Assembly (NCBI GenBank): GCA_963759085.1 | Contig: CAVWXR010000011.1 | Span: 91,707 to 155,706, forward strand | From: an uncultured Actinomycetes bacterium | GTDB taxonomy: Bacteria; Actinomycetota; Thermoleophilia; Gaiellales; Gaiellaceae | Direction of reading: 5' to 3' | DNA length: 64,000 bases | Part shown: in pieces, positions 44,065-53,117 of the stretch | Position numbering within the stretch: the first letter of the stretch is position 1 | Layout: the number at the start of each line of letters is the position of its first letter | Notes under the pieces: model-generated | The model's database searches: none | What the model saw: the letters and a program-made list of their open reading frames with translations, nothing else | What the model was told of the DNA's origin: nothing | Program-made: the position numbers and the translations under genes

Positions 44065-44961
44065 TCAGCGGCTCGACAAAGCGGCGCGCGGGTTCGGGAG
44101 CGGCGTCAGCAGCGGTTCCACCTGGGCCCGCAGGTGCTCGAAGTTCGGCGGCAGCGAGAGGCGCTCGCCGAGCGTCTCCAACGGCTCGTCCGCAGTGAAG
44201 CCTGGGCCGAGCGTTGCGATCTCGAAGAGGACGCCGCTCGGCTCGCGGAAGTAGATCGAGCGGAAGTAGAAGCGGTCGATGATCGGCGAGGGCTGGCCGC
44301 CGTTCGCGATCGCGCGGGCGCGCCACTCCTCTTGCTCGTCGAGGCCACAGCTCCACGCGACGTGGTGGACGGTGCCGGCGCCGGAATGCGCGCGCTCGGC
44401 AGGCGGCGCGTCGTACTCGTAGAACGCGCCGCGCAAGGCTCCGCGCGTCTCCCAACCGGGCTCGAAGCCCATCCCGGCGAGGAACGCCGCGCTCCGCTCC
44501 GGTGCGCTCGCGAACGCGCGCACGCCGGCGAACCCGCGCAGCGCGTGCTCGAGCGGGATCTCGGGATGGCGCGCGACGAGCGGCGGGTCCCCGGACTCGT
44601 CCACCACGAGCTCGAGCGCCAATCCCTCCGGATCTTCGAACACGAGCGACCCCTCGCCGCGTTCGCCGCCGACGCGCCCGGCCCAGAAGTCGAGCGACGC
44701 TTCCGACCCGACGCGAAAAACGACCCGGTGCACCATCCCGTCGCCGGCCCGTCCGCGCGGCGCGCCCGGGTACTCGAAGAACGTGATGTCGGAGCCGGCG
44801 CTGCCGTTCTCGTCGGCGTAGAAGAGGTGGTAGACGGTCGGGTCGTCCTGGTTGACCGTCTTCTTCACGAGCCGCAGGCCGAGCGTGCTGGCGTAGAAGT
44901 CGACGTTGACTGGCGCGTCGCCGGTGATCGCTGTGACGTGGTGGAGGCCCTCGAGGCGCAT
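44065..44961 (-). CDS. ring-cleaving dioxygenase / VOC (glyoxalase fold) family, two-domain
   Basis: MRLEGLHHVTAITGDAPVNVDFYASTLGLRLVKKTVNQDDP...HHVAWS...YFREPSGVLFEIAT; 298 aa. Confidence 0.85.
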   Translation of the reverse strand: MRLEGLHHVTAITGDAPVNVDFYASTLGLRLVKKTVNQDDPTVYHLFYADENGSAGSDITFFEYPGAPRGRAGDGMVHRVVFRVGSEASLDFWAGRVGGERGEGSLVFEDPEGLALELVVDESGDPPLVARHPEIPLEHALRGFAGVRAFASAPERSAAFLAGMGFEPGWETRGALRGAFYEYDAPPAERAHSGAGTVHHVAWSCGLDEQEEWRARAIANGGQPSPIIDRFYFRSIYFREPSGVLFEIATLGPGFTADEPLETLGERLSLPPNFEHLRAQVEPLLTPLPNPRAALSSR

Positions 44962-45083
44962 AGCCGACTTAACGACTACCAGCGGCGCCGGATTCCGCAG
45001 GGAGGGTTCGGTGAGACGCTGCTCGTCGGCGTCATGACGACACAGCTGCGTTTCGCCGAACCCTCCGTAGCTACGATCGCCCG

Positions 45084-46478
45084 ATGGACGTCGACGTCGC
45101 AGTGCTCGGAGGTGGGCCCGGCGGGTACACCGCAGCGATCCGGGCCGCGCAACTCGGCGCCTCGGTGGCCTGCATCGAGAAGGAGCCCGAGCTCGGCGGC
45201 ACCTGCCTGCGGGTCGGCTGCATCCCGACGAAGGCCTGGGTTCAGACCGCGCACTTCATCCACCAGGCGCGCGACTCGTTCCCGAAGCTCGGCGTCACGA
45301 CGTCCGAGCCCGCGCTCGACTTCGCCAAGGCGAACGAGTGGAAGGCGGCCGTCGTTGCGCAGATGACCGGCGGCGTTGCGCAACTCCTGAAGGCGAACGG
45401 CGTCGAGTGGGTGAGGGGCACCGGCACCTTCAAGGACGCAAACACGTTGTCGATCAGCGGTGGCGGCGAGGTCACCTTCCGCTCCGCGATCGTCGCGACC
45501 GGCTCGTTCCCGATGCGCCCGCCGATCCCGGGCCTCGACTCGGATCTCTGCGTCGACTCGACCGGGCTGCTCGCCCAGACGGAGGTCCCCAAGCGGCTCG
45601 TGATCCTCGGCGGCGGGATCATCGGCTGCGAGTTCGCCTCGATCTTCAACACCTTCGGCAGCGAGGTCACGATCGTCGAGATGCTGCCGCGGCTGATTCC
45701 GCTGGAAGATGAGGATGCGGCAAAGGAGCTCGCAAAGGCCTTCGGCAAGAAGGGCATCGTGCTCCAGCTCGGGAAGCAGTGCACGCAGATCGATCAGAGC
45801 GGCAACGAGCTGATCGTCCACTACGGCGAAGGCGAGTCGGTCAGCGCCGATCTGATGCTCGTCTCCGTCGGGCGCGCCCCGCTCGTCGAGGGGCTCGGGC
45901 TCGAGCACGCCGGCGTCGCTTTCGACAAGCGCAAGGGCATCACGACCGACGAGCACCGCCGCACGAGCGTTTCGCACATCTACGCCGTCGGGGACTGCGC
46001 GGGATACTGGCAGCTCGCCCACACCGCGTTCCGCGAGGGCGAGGTCGCGGCCGAGAACGCGTGCGGCCACGACGCGATCGTCGACAACCGCGCGGTCCCG
46101 CGCCCGATCTACACCGATCCCGAGATCGCCGGCGTCGGCCTGACCGAGGCGCAGGCCCGCGAGCAATACGGCGACGATGTTGCCGTCGGCACCTTCCCGT
46201 GGGTGGCGAACGCCCGGGCTGTGATGCAGGACGCGACCACCGGCTGGGTCAAGTCGATCCACGAGACCCGCTACGGCGAGCTGCTCGGGCTCGTCATGGT
46301 CGGCCCGCACGTGACCGACCTGATCGAGGTCGGGGTCGTCGCGATCGACTCCGAGTCGACGGTGGAGACCGTCGCCGACGGAATGGCGCCCCACCCGACG
46401 CTCGCCGAGGCGATCAAGGAAGCGGGCCTCGTGGCACTCGGACGCGCGATTCACCTGCCGAACCGCAAGAAGCGGTAG
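45084..46478 (+). CDS. lpdA: dihydrolipoyl dehydrogenase (E3)
   Basis: LGGGPGGYTAAIRAAQLG, redox disulfide GGTCLRVGCIPTKAW; 464 aa. Confidence 0.95.
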   Translation: MDVDVAVLGGGPGGYTAAIRAAQLGASVACIEKEPELGGTCLRVGCIPTKAWVQTAHFIHQARDSFPKLGVTTSEPALDFAKANEWKAAVVAQMTGGVAQLLKANGVEWVRGTGTFKDANTLSISGGGEVTFRSAIVATGSFPMRPPIPGLDSDLCVDSTGLLAQTEVPKRLVILGGGIIGCEFASIFNTFGSEVTIVEMLPRLIPLEDEDAAKELAKAFGKKGIVLQLGKQCTQIDQSGNELIVHYGEGESVSADLMLVSVGRAPLVEGLGLEHAGVAFDKRKGITTDEHRRTSVSHIYAVGDCAGYWQLAHTAFREGEVAAENACGHDAIVDNRAVPRPIYTDPEIAGVGLTEAQAREQYGDDVAVGTFPWVANARAVMQDATTGWVKSIHETRYGELLGLVMVGPHVTDLIEVGVVAIDSESTVETVADGMAPHPTLAEAIKEAGLVALGRAIHLPNRKKR

Positions 46479-46505
46479 AGCCTCTCGTCGGAGTACCCTC
46501 GGGGC

Positions 46506-46721
46506 ATGAGCATCCTCAATCGCCGTAACGCCGTTCTCGGTTGGGTCGCGCTCACCGTCGGCAAACGGGTTCTCAAGCAGAAGGCGAAGACCGTCGTGCC
46601 CGCCGTGGACGCGCAGACGCACAAGCCCAACAAGAGCGCTGTCGCGCTGCTGATCGCGGGTGCGGTCGGCGTGACGACGTTCTTGCGCAGCCGCTCCGGC
46701 GGCGGCGACGTCGCCGACTAG
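46506..46721 (+). CDS. hypothetical small membrane protein
   Basis: 71 aa with two hydrophobic stretches (AVLGWVALTVG, AVALLIAGAVGVTTF). No family recognised. Confidence 0.4.
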   Translation: MSILNRRNAVLGWVALTVGKRVLKQKAKTVVPAVDAQTHKPNKSAVALLIAGAVGVTTFLRSRSGGGDVAD

Positions 46722-47041
46722 CCGGCCGCGAGCCCGAACGGCGTCCCCTCGGAGTCGCGGCAGATCGCCCACCGCTCGCCGGGATGGACGACCTCGCCGC
46801 CGAGCGAGAGCACGCGCTCGAGCGCTGCAGGCAGGTTGGGCACCGTGAAGTAAGGAAGCGAAAAGCGATCGCCGGGCCCGGTGCCGCGCTCGTGCAGCCC
46901 GACGGTGACCTCGCCGTGCTCGGCTTGCCAGCCGCGGCCTTCGTCCGCGGTGCGCGGGGCGAGCGCCGTCTCCAGGAGCCCCTCCCAGAAGCGGCGCGCG
47001 CGCTCGGGCTCGTCGGCTGGAAACTCGATCAGCAATCTCAA
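46718..47041 (-). CDS. VOC/glyoxalase-like small protein
   Basis: 107 aa; 4-nt overlaps on both sides. Weak glyoxalase-fold resemblance (RFWEGLL...VHPGERWAICRDSEGTPFGL). Confidence 0.6.
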   Translation of the reverse strand: MRLLIEFPADEPERARRFWEGLLETALAPRTADEGRGWQAEHGEVTVGLHERGTGPGDRFSLPYFTVPNLPAALERVLSLGGEVVHPGERWAICRDSEGTPFGLAAG

Positions 47042-47691
47042 AGCCCCTGCGGGAACGTGATCGTCTCCGGCGCGATCAGCGGCGTCCCGACGTCGAGCTG
47101 GATCTGCGCCTGCCGCAGGAGCGGAATGTTGCGCGGGTTCCCCACGTAGAGCTCATGGTTCACGAAGACCGTGACGTGACCGTGCGCCGGGCCGACCTGA
47201 TCCGGGCTGAGCGGCTGGTTCCAGACGTCGAAGAAATTGCCGAGCGTGTACGTCCGCTGCACCGGCGACTCGATGTGGATGATCCCATCGTTTGTATGGG
47301 TGTGAAGCCACGTGAAGCAGCTCCCGGAGGTGACGAACGGGCCGGCCGTGGTGTTGTCGCCTCGAAGCGGGGGCGCGATCCCGATCCCGTACGGCACCAG
47401 GCGGGCCTGCCCGTCGACGAAGATCGACAGGTGGGCGTGGATGTGGAAGAGCACCTGCTCGTTGCGCTGGCACTCGATCCCGTCCACGCTCTTGTTGAGA
47501 CCGGGGGAGTGGCCGGCAGCGAGCGGCGGCGCGTCCGGGATCGGCGCGCCCTCCGGGCCTGCCGGCCCGGGCGACGGCGCCGGCTGAAGCTGTGCCAGCA
47601 GGCCGAGCGGATCGACCACGAGCCCGGAGGCGAGCGCGGCGCCGGGGGCGGCGAGCAGCAGCGAGGCGACGAGGATCAGCGCGACTTTCAC
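47038..47691 (-). CDS. hypothetical secreted protein
   Basis: Signal peptide MKVALILVASLLLAAPGAALA; His-rich core (FHIHAHLS, WLHTHTNDGIIH). No family recognised. Confidence 0.65.
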   Translation of the reverse strand: MKVALILVASLLLAAPGAALASGLVVDPLGLLAQLQPAPSPGPAGPEGAPIPDAPPLAAGHSPGLNKSVDGIECQRNEQVLFHIHAHLSIFVDGQARLVPYGIGIAPPLRGDNTTAGPFVTSGSCFTWLHTHTNDGIIHIESPVQRTYTLGNFFDVWNQPLSPDQVGPAHGHVTVFVNHELYVGNPRNIPLLRQAQIQLDVGTPLIAPETITFPQGL

Positions 47692-47726
47692 GCCTTCGGT
47701 GTAGCAGTCCCGCGTTAATCTCGACG

Positions 47727-47759
47727 CGTAAGTTGCAGCTTACGTAAGTATCTGCTTAC
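47727..47759. promoter_or_regulatory. two abutting GTAAG-N6-CTTAC inverted repeats (candidate ArsR operator)
   Basis: CGTAAGTTGCAGCTTACGTAAGTATCTGCTTAC, 11 nt upstream of the arsR-like GTG at 47770, in a divergent AT-rich gap. Confidence 0.5.
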
Positions 47760-47769
47760 ATAGAGGCCT

Positions 47770-48090
47770 GTGGAGACCGCGCTGAAGGCACTTGCAGAGC
47801 CGCGCCGGCGGCAGATCCTCGCGCTCGTCCGAGACGAGGAGCTCTCGGCCGGCGAGATCGCCTCGCACTTCGAGGTCACGCGGCCCGCGGTCTCCCAGCA
47901 TCTGACCGTCCTGAAGGAGGCCGGGCTCGTGGACGAGCGACGCAACGGGACCAAGCGCCTCTATCGCGCCCGCCCCGAGGGTCTCGCCGAGGTGAAGACG
48001 TTCCTCGAGGAGTTCTGGGGCGAGCGGCTCGACGCGCTCAAACGTGAGGCCGAACGAGAGGAGAGACGCAACCATGGAAAGCACGACTGA
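47770..48090 (+). CDS. ArsR/SmtB family transcriptional regulator
   Basis: LAEPRRRQILALV, IASHFEVTRPAVSQHLTVLKEAGLV. Confidence 0.9.
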   Translation: METALKALAEPRRRQILALVRDEELSAGEIASHFEVTRPAVSQHLTVLKEAGLVDERRNGTKRLYRARPEGLAEVKTFLEEFWGERLDALKREAEREERRNHGKHD

Positions 48091-48541
48091 GCAGGTCTCG
48101 ATCGAGCGCGAGGTCGAGATCGACGCGAGCCCCGAGACCGTCTGGGAGTTCCTGGCCGATCCCGAGAAGGCGCTTCGCTGGTGGGGCCAGGCGATCTCGT
48201 TCGACGCGCGGCCCGGTGGCGCTTACACGATCGAGGTGACGAGGACGCACACCGCGAGCGGGGAGTTCGTGGAGGTCGATCCGCCGCGCCGTCTGGTCTA
48301 CACCTGGGGCTGGGCGGTGGGGGGCCCGGAGCGGGATCTCGTCCCGCCCGGCTCGACGACCGTCGAGATCGATCTGATCCCGCGTGGAGCGGGTACGTTG
48401 CTGCGCCTCAGGCACAGCGGCCTGCCGAGCTCCGAGTCCGCGGCGGCTCACTCGGAAGGTTGGGATCACTACCTCGGGCGTTGCGCCCTCGCCGCCTCCG
48501 GCGGCGACCCGGGCCCCGATCCGTGGAACCAACCCGCGTAA
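48074..48541 (+). CDS. SRPBCC (AHSA1/START-like) domain protein
   Basis: ATG 48074 (MESTTEQVSIEREVEIDASPETVWEFLADPEKALRWWG). This is the typical partner of ArsR-like regulators. Confidence 0.85.
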   Translation: MESTTEQVSIEREVEIDASPETVWEFLADPEKALRWWGQAISFDARPGGAYTIEVTRTHTASGEFVEVDPPRRLVYTWGWAVGGPERDLVPPGSTTVEIDLIPRGAGTLLRLRHSGLPSSESAAAHSEGWDHYLGRCALAASGGDPGPDPWNQPA

Positions 48542-48586
48542 CAAGGCTTTGACCCGAACGACAACTGAGGAAAGGAACAGCGAACG

Positions 48587-48892
48587 ATGGGGAACTTCGT
48601 ACTTGCATACAAGGGTGGCGCAGTGGCGGCGATCGAGGAGGAGCAGGCCGCCGCAATGGCAGCGTGGGGCGCCTGGTTCGAGAGCCTCGGCTCCGCAGTC
48701 GTCGAGGCAGGCGCACCGTTCTCGGCGTCTGCCACGGTCGCGAGCGACAAGTCCGTCGGCAACGGCGGCACGCTCACCGGCTACTCGGTGCTCTCGGCCG
48801 ACAACCTCGACGGAGCGGTCGGCCTCGCGAAGAGCTGCCCGATCTTCGCGAGCGGCGGCAGCGTCGAGGTCTACGAGGCGATGGCGATGTAG
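48587..48892 (+). CDS. YCII-related small protein
   Basis: 101 aa, MGNFVLAYKGG...AAMAAWGAWFESLG...GYSVLSADNLDGAVGLAKSCP...VEVYEA. Confidence 0.65.
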   Translation: MGNFVLAYKGGAVAAIEEEQAAAMAAWGAWFESLGSAVVEAGAPFSASATVASDKSVGNGGTLTGYSVLSADNLDGAVGLAKSCPIFASGGSVEVYEAMAM

Positions 48893-48913
48893 AGACGTTC
48901 CGGGCGGGTCGGC

Positions 48914-49258
48914 CTAGACCATCTGGGTTCGGCTCGCCCGGGTCTCCTCGACCGCGCGCCGCGCCTCGGCCTCGTACGGATTGGCGCCGTAGCCGGTGCG
49001 CAGGTACGACAGCGGCATCGCGAGCGGCCGGTGCTGCATCTGCCAGACGTGGCAGAGCTCGTGGCAGAGCAGGTCCTCGTCGCCTGGGGCCTCACGCAGG
49101 AGGATCGTCCCCCACGCGGCGTAGCCGTCAAAGCGCCGAAACCACGGCAGCCGGAAGAGCCAGGGCACCGTGAGCACCCGGACCCGCGAGATCCTCACCG
49201 GACGCGTGTAGTAGTCGAGCCGGTCGAGCCGCGCTTTCGCCCGTTCGAGCTCGGTCAC
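48914..49258 (-). CDS. DUF4157-like putative zinc metallopeptidase domain protein
   Basis: GTG 49258 (GTGA overlap with the pepT stop). HExxH-type LLCHELCHVWQMQ. Confidence 0.65.
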   Translation of the reverse strand: MTELERAKARLDRLDYYTRPVRISRVRVLTVPWLFRLPWFRRFDGYAAWGTILLREAPGDEDLLCHELCHVWQMQHRPLAMPLSYLRTGYGANPYEAEARRAVEETRASRTQMV

Positions 49259-50496
49259 TCTGCCAGGAGCTCGAGGAGCCGGACCACGGTCGCCGCCGAG
49301 ACCGCCATGTCCTGGACGCTGATCCACTCGCGCACCGAGTGGAACTCGTTGCCGCCGGTGAAGATGTTCGGCGTCGGTAGGCCCTTCTCCGTTAGCCGTG
49401 AGCCGTCGGTGCCGCCGCGGATCGATGCGAGCCGGGGCTCCAGGCCCGCGCGCCTCGTCGCCTCGAGCGCCGCCTCGACGACGTGCGGCACGCGGTCGAG
49501 CGCCTCGCGCATGTTGCGGTACTGATCCCAGCGCGTGAACGTCACCTCGGGGCAGATCTCCTGCGCCAGCCCGCGAACGAACGCTTCGTGCTCCGCGAGC
49601 TTCTCCCCGTCGTGGTCGCGGAGGATGAACGTGACGGTGCACTGCTCGGCGTTGCCCGCAATCTCGTAGGGATGCACGAATCCCTCCTGCCCTTCGGTCG
49701 TCTCGGGCGAGAGGGTGTCCTTCGGCAGGCGCTCGATCAATGCGGCCGCGAGCTTGAGCGGATTCACGAGCTTTCCCTTCGCGGTGCCCGGATGCACGCC
49801 GACCCCGGGAAACGTGACCGTCAGCTCGACCGCCGAGAACGTCTCGTTCTCGATCTCGCCGACGACCGACCCGTCCACGGTGTAGGCGAAGTCGGCGCCG
49901 AACGCGGCGATGTCGAAGTGGTCGGTACCGTGCCCGACCTCCTCGTCGACCGTGAACGCGATTCGCGCCGTCGTGCGCGGCACCTCGGGGTGGGCGACGA
50001 GGTAGGCGACCGCGGCCATGATCTCCGCCACCCCGGCCTTGTCGTCGGCACCGAGCAGCGTCGTGCCGTCGCTCGTCACGATGTCGTGCCCGAGCCGCTC
50101 CGCGAGCAGGGAGGAGGTCTCCGGCGAGAGCCCGGGCACGAGCTCGCCGCCGGCGTAGCTCCGGTGGACGATCGGGCTCACTCCGGAGGCGGGCGCGTCG
50201 GGGCTCGTGTCGACGTGCGCGACGAGGCCGACGGTCGGGCCGGCGCCCGAGCCCGGCAGCGTCGCGAAGACGTATCCGTGCTCGGTCAGCTCGGCGTCGG
50301 CGAGCCCGAGCTCCTGCAACTCGCGCAGCAGCAACCGTGAGAGGTCGAGCTGCTTGGCCGTCGACGGATAGGTGTCCGAGCCACGCGCCGACTGTGTGTC
50401 GATCCGGACGTAGCGCAGGAAGCGCTCGAGCGCGTCGGCCTGGAGCAGAGCGGCGAGCTGCGATTGCGTGGCCACGACGGAAAGCGTACGTCTCAT
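49255..50496 (-). CDS. pepT: peptidase T (M20B tripeptidase)
   Basis: ATG 50496 (MRRTLSVVATQSQLAALL), LVAHVDTSPDAP, LLGADDKAGVAEIMA. Confidence 0.9.
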   Translation of the reverse strand: MRRTLSVVATQSQLAALLQADALERFLRYVRIDTQSARGSDTYPSTAKQLDLSRLLLRELQELGLADAELTEHGYVFATLPGSGAGPTVGLVAHVDTSPDAPASGVSPIVHRSYAGGELVPGLSPETSSLLAERLGHDIVTSDGTTLLGADDKAGVAEIMAAVAYLVAHPEVPRTTARIAFTVDEEVGHGTDHFDIAAFGADFAYTVDGSVVGEIENETFSAVELTVTFPGVGVHPGTAKGKLVNPLKLAAALIERLPKDTLSPETTEGQEGFVHPYEIAGNAEQCTVTFILRDHDGEKLAEHEAFVRGLAQEICPEVTFTRWDQYRNMREALDRVPHVVEAALEATRRAGLEPRLASIRGGTDGSRLTEKGLPTPNIFTGGNEFHSVREWISVQDMAVSAATVVRLLELLAE

Positions 50497-50546
50497 GCGG
50501 TTCCGAGCGGCTCTTCTTGCCGCCTGCCAGGGGATAAGCTCGCCCG

Positions 50547-51125
50547 ATGAGTGAGGCGGTTGTCGAAGGCGGAGCCGTTCCGACTCTGATCCCGCGCCGC
50601 CTGCTCCTCCTGCCCGCGGTCGCGCTGACACTGCTCCTCGTCGGGATCGCCTGGAACCGCGTGTGGCCGCTCGACTTCCTGCACGTCTTCTTCGGCGGGC
50701 TCTGGACCGGGGCGGACCTCTTCGCGGGCTTCCTGATCGGCCCGATCGCCCGCGGTCTCGAGCCGCCCGTCCGGCGGGCGTTCGTGCAGCGCTACATGCC
50801 GCGGCTGATGGTGCTGATGCCGACGCTCGCGATCGTCACCCTCGTCGCCGGCTGGCAGCTCGCGCGCCACACGGGCGTCCTGACCGAGGGGTATCCGCGC
50901 CACTGGTGGGTCGTCTCGTCGTTCGCGATCGTCGGCGTGATGGCGACGATCAACTTCGCGCTGCTCCTGCCCGCGAACCTCCAGGTGCTGACCGAGCTGC
51001 GGAAAGCGAGTCCGAACGCAGAGCTGATCGGGCGCCTGATGGCGCGCTACAGTACGATCGCGGCCGCGATCGGCTGCTTGCAGCTCGGCACGATCGTCGT
51101 CATGTCGAGGCTCGCGACCTTCTGA
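50547..51125 (+). CDS. integral membrane protein, paralog of 96-702
   Basis: 192 aa with four or more TM helices. Shared motifs with the first gene of the window. Confidence 0.75.
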   Translation: MSEAVVEGGAVPTLIPRRLLLLPAVALTLLLVGIAWNRVWPLDFLHVFFGGLWTGADLFAGFLIGPIARGLEPPVRRAFVQRYMPRLMVLMPTLAIVTLVAGWQLARHTGVLTEGYPRHWWVVSSFAIVGVMATINFALLLPANLQVLTELRKASPNAELIGRLMARYSTIAAAIGCLQLGTIVVMSRLATF

Positions 51126-51589
51126 TGGCGAGCCCGTTCGCCCAGCCGGAGCGCCAGCAGGGCGTGCCGCTCCCTCCACCGGACGCGTTCGCCGTCGTGA
51201 CGCTGATGCTCGTGTTCGGCGCGATCGGGACGCTCGCCGCGTACCTGCCGTTCAACGCGCCGCTGGAGGTGACGCTGCCGCTGATCGAGGTCGCCATCGC
51301 CGTCTACGCCGCGGCAGTGTGGCGGCTCTTTGCGACCCGGACCTACGCCTGGTCGACCTTCCTCGCCGTCGCCCGTCCGACGCTCCTGGCGGCCGGGACG
51401 GCGGCCGCGATCGTCGAGCTCGCCTTCTACTACGACAAGACCGGCGGCCGCTCGCTCGCGATCCTCTCGACCGGGCTCGTGCTGGTCGTGCTCGACCTGG
51501 CGCTGCTGCTCGGCTACTCGGTCGCCCGGAACGAGCCGTTGCCCGAGCCCGAGGTCGAGCCGTACCTGCCGTTCGGCCACGGCTCGTAG
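51125..51589 (+). CDS. hypothetical integral membrane protein
   Basis: ATG 51125 overlaps the upstream stop (TGATG). 154 aa with four hydrophobic helices. Confidence 0.65.
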   Translation: MASPFAQPERQQGVPLPPPDAFAVVTLMLVFGAIGTLAAYLPFNAPLEVTLPLIEVAIAVYAAAVWRLFATRTYAWSTFLAVARPTLLAAGTAAAIVELAFYYDKTGGRSLAILSTGLVLVVLDLALLLGYSVARNEPLPEPEVEPYLPFGHGS

Positions 51590-52299
51590 TCGAGCACCTC
51601 GTGGCCGTGGCGCCGCAGCCACGCGGCCCGCTCTTTCCACCCCGGTAGGTGAGCGTCGAGCAGCGCCCAGAACGCGCGCGAGTGGTTCGGCTCCCTGACG
51701 TGCAGCAGCTCGTGTGCGACCACGTACTCGAGCACCTCCGGCGGCGCGAGCACGAGCCGCCAGGAGAACGAGAGCGTTCCGCGTGTCGAGCACGATCCCC
51801 AGCGCGTGCGCTGATCGCGGATCGAGACGCGCGCGTAGGAGATCCCGAGGCGCGCCGACTCGCGGGCAACGGCTGCTTCGAGCCGTTCGCGGGCCTCGCG
51901 GCGGTACCAGCGGTCGATCGCGCCCGCGAGCTGGTCGGGCGGGCCCGAGATGCGCAGCGCCCCGCCATGCCGGTTCGCAACCGGCTTCGGCCCGCCGCCG
52001 CGCTCGACCGCGAGCCGCTCGCCGGCGAGCCACACCGTCCCGGGCTGATGGAGTCCGAGCAGCGGGCTCGTCAGGCGCGCCCTGGCCATCGTGTCGGCGA
52101 GCCAGTCCGAGTTGTCGGAGAGGAACTGCCGCAGTGCCCGCGTGCTGGTTCTGCGCGGCACGGTCAACTCGACCGACCGGCCCGCGCGAACCACCATCCG
52201 CAGCCGGCGCGTCCGCGCCGATTCGCGCACGACCGCGACGATCGTCTCGTCTCCGACGATGACGTCGAACTCGCGCAGGGGGCGCTCACTCACGCTCAC
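51514..52299 (-). CDS. YgjP-like (DUF45/M48-related) metal-dependent hydrolase
   Basis: TRWGSCSTRG and VVAHELLHVREPNHS. Confidence 0.85.
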   Translation of the reverse strand: MSVSERPLREFDVIVGDETIVAVVRESARTRRLRMVVRAGRSVELTVPRRTSTRALRQFLSDNSDWLADTMARARLTSPLLGLHQPGTVWLAGERLAVERGGGPKPVANRHGGALRISGPPDQLAGAIDRWYRREARERLEAAVARESARLGISYARVSIRDQRTRWGSCSTRGTLSFSWRLVLAPPEVLEYVVAHELLHVREPNHSRAFWALLDAHLPGWKERAAWLRRHGHEVLDYEPWPNGRYGSTSGSGNGSFRATE

Positions 52300-52337
52300 G
52301 AGCGTAGTGGCGAGCCCGGTCGCCGTGGGTGGTGGGG

Positions 52338-52571
52338 CTACGCCGCAGTCAGATGCAGCCCGGCGTGGTGCCCCGCCAGGACGGCGAGCTCGCGCCGGTG
52401 GCGCTCGATCTCTGCGTCATAGGTCCGAAGCTCGTCCTTGGCGACGCCGTGCCGCTCGAAGATCGAGCGCAGGCGCACGAGATCCCGGATGTGCTGCAGC
52501 TCTTCCTCGATCTCGTTCTGCTCCCGACGTTCGTCGAAGCGAGACGGGCGGGTGTGGATGTGGACAGCCAT
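52338..52571 (-). CDS. hypothetical small helical protein
   Basis: 77-aa charged ORF (EQNEIEEELQHIRDLVRLRSIFERHG). No family recognised. Confidence 0.4.
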   Translation of the reverse strand: MAVHIHTRPSRFDERREQNEIEEELQHIRDLVRLRSIFERHGVAKDELRTYDAEIERHRRELAVLAGHHAGLHLTAA

Positions 52572-52651
52572 GTCGGTTCAACTCCTTCTCGTATTGAGGC
52601 AGAGCCTGTCAGCGAGAGTTGAAGATTTGCTGTGATCCGGCTAAGAACTGC

Positions 52652-52987
52652 CTAAGACCGAGCTTGGGGCGCGCGCTCGACCTCGAGCGTGAGGCCGTCG
52701 ACGCCTGTGATGCGCACCACCTCGCCGACCCGCGCCCCCTGGGCGGCGTGCGCGCGCCAGATCTCGCCGCCGTGCCTGACCTGGCCGGTCGGCTCGAGCG
52801 CCGTGATCACCTCGGCGGTCTCGCCGACCAGCGTCTGCGCGCCGACCTGGGCCCGGCGGCGCTTCGAGTAGCGGATGCCGACGACCGCGAGCGTCGTCTC
52901 GCAGACCACGGCGCCCGCGACCACGATCAGGCCCCAGGGCGAGGGCAGGAAGAGCAGCGCGAGGAGGAGTGCGATGATGATGAGCAC
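52652..52987 (-). CDS. NfeD family protein
   Basis: Two N-terminal TM helices plus a C-terminal OB-like part (GETAEVITALEPTGQVRHGGEIWRA...VVRITGVDGLTLEV). Confidence 0.75.
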   Translation of the reverse strand: MLIIIALLLALLFLPSPWGLIVVAGAVVCETTLAVVGIRYSKRRRAQVGAQTLVGETAEVITALEPTGQVRHGGEIWRAHAAQGARVGEVVRITGVDGLTLEVERAPQARS

Positions 52988-53117
52988 GCGACGTCATCGT
53001 ATGCCGCGTTACCTCCACGCCTCGAAGATCCGGCGCCGCGGCCACCCCGAATTCTCACGCTACTCTCACGTGTGCGGGCTACAAGTTGAGCAGCAACAAC
53101 GTAGGGGGTTCAGCAGC

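Noticed and set aside
47727-47759. Similarity between the arsR operator (GTAAGTTGCAG) and the arm of the trmH-like palindrome (GTTACTTGCAG).
   Set aside because: The match is only 9/11 in AT-rich sequence, which is compatible with chance. I do not treat them as related.
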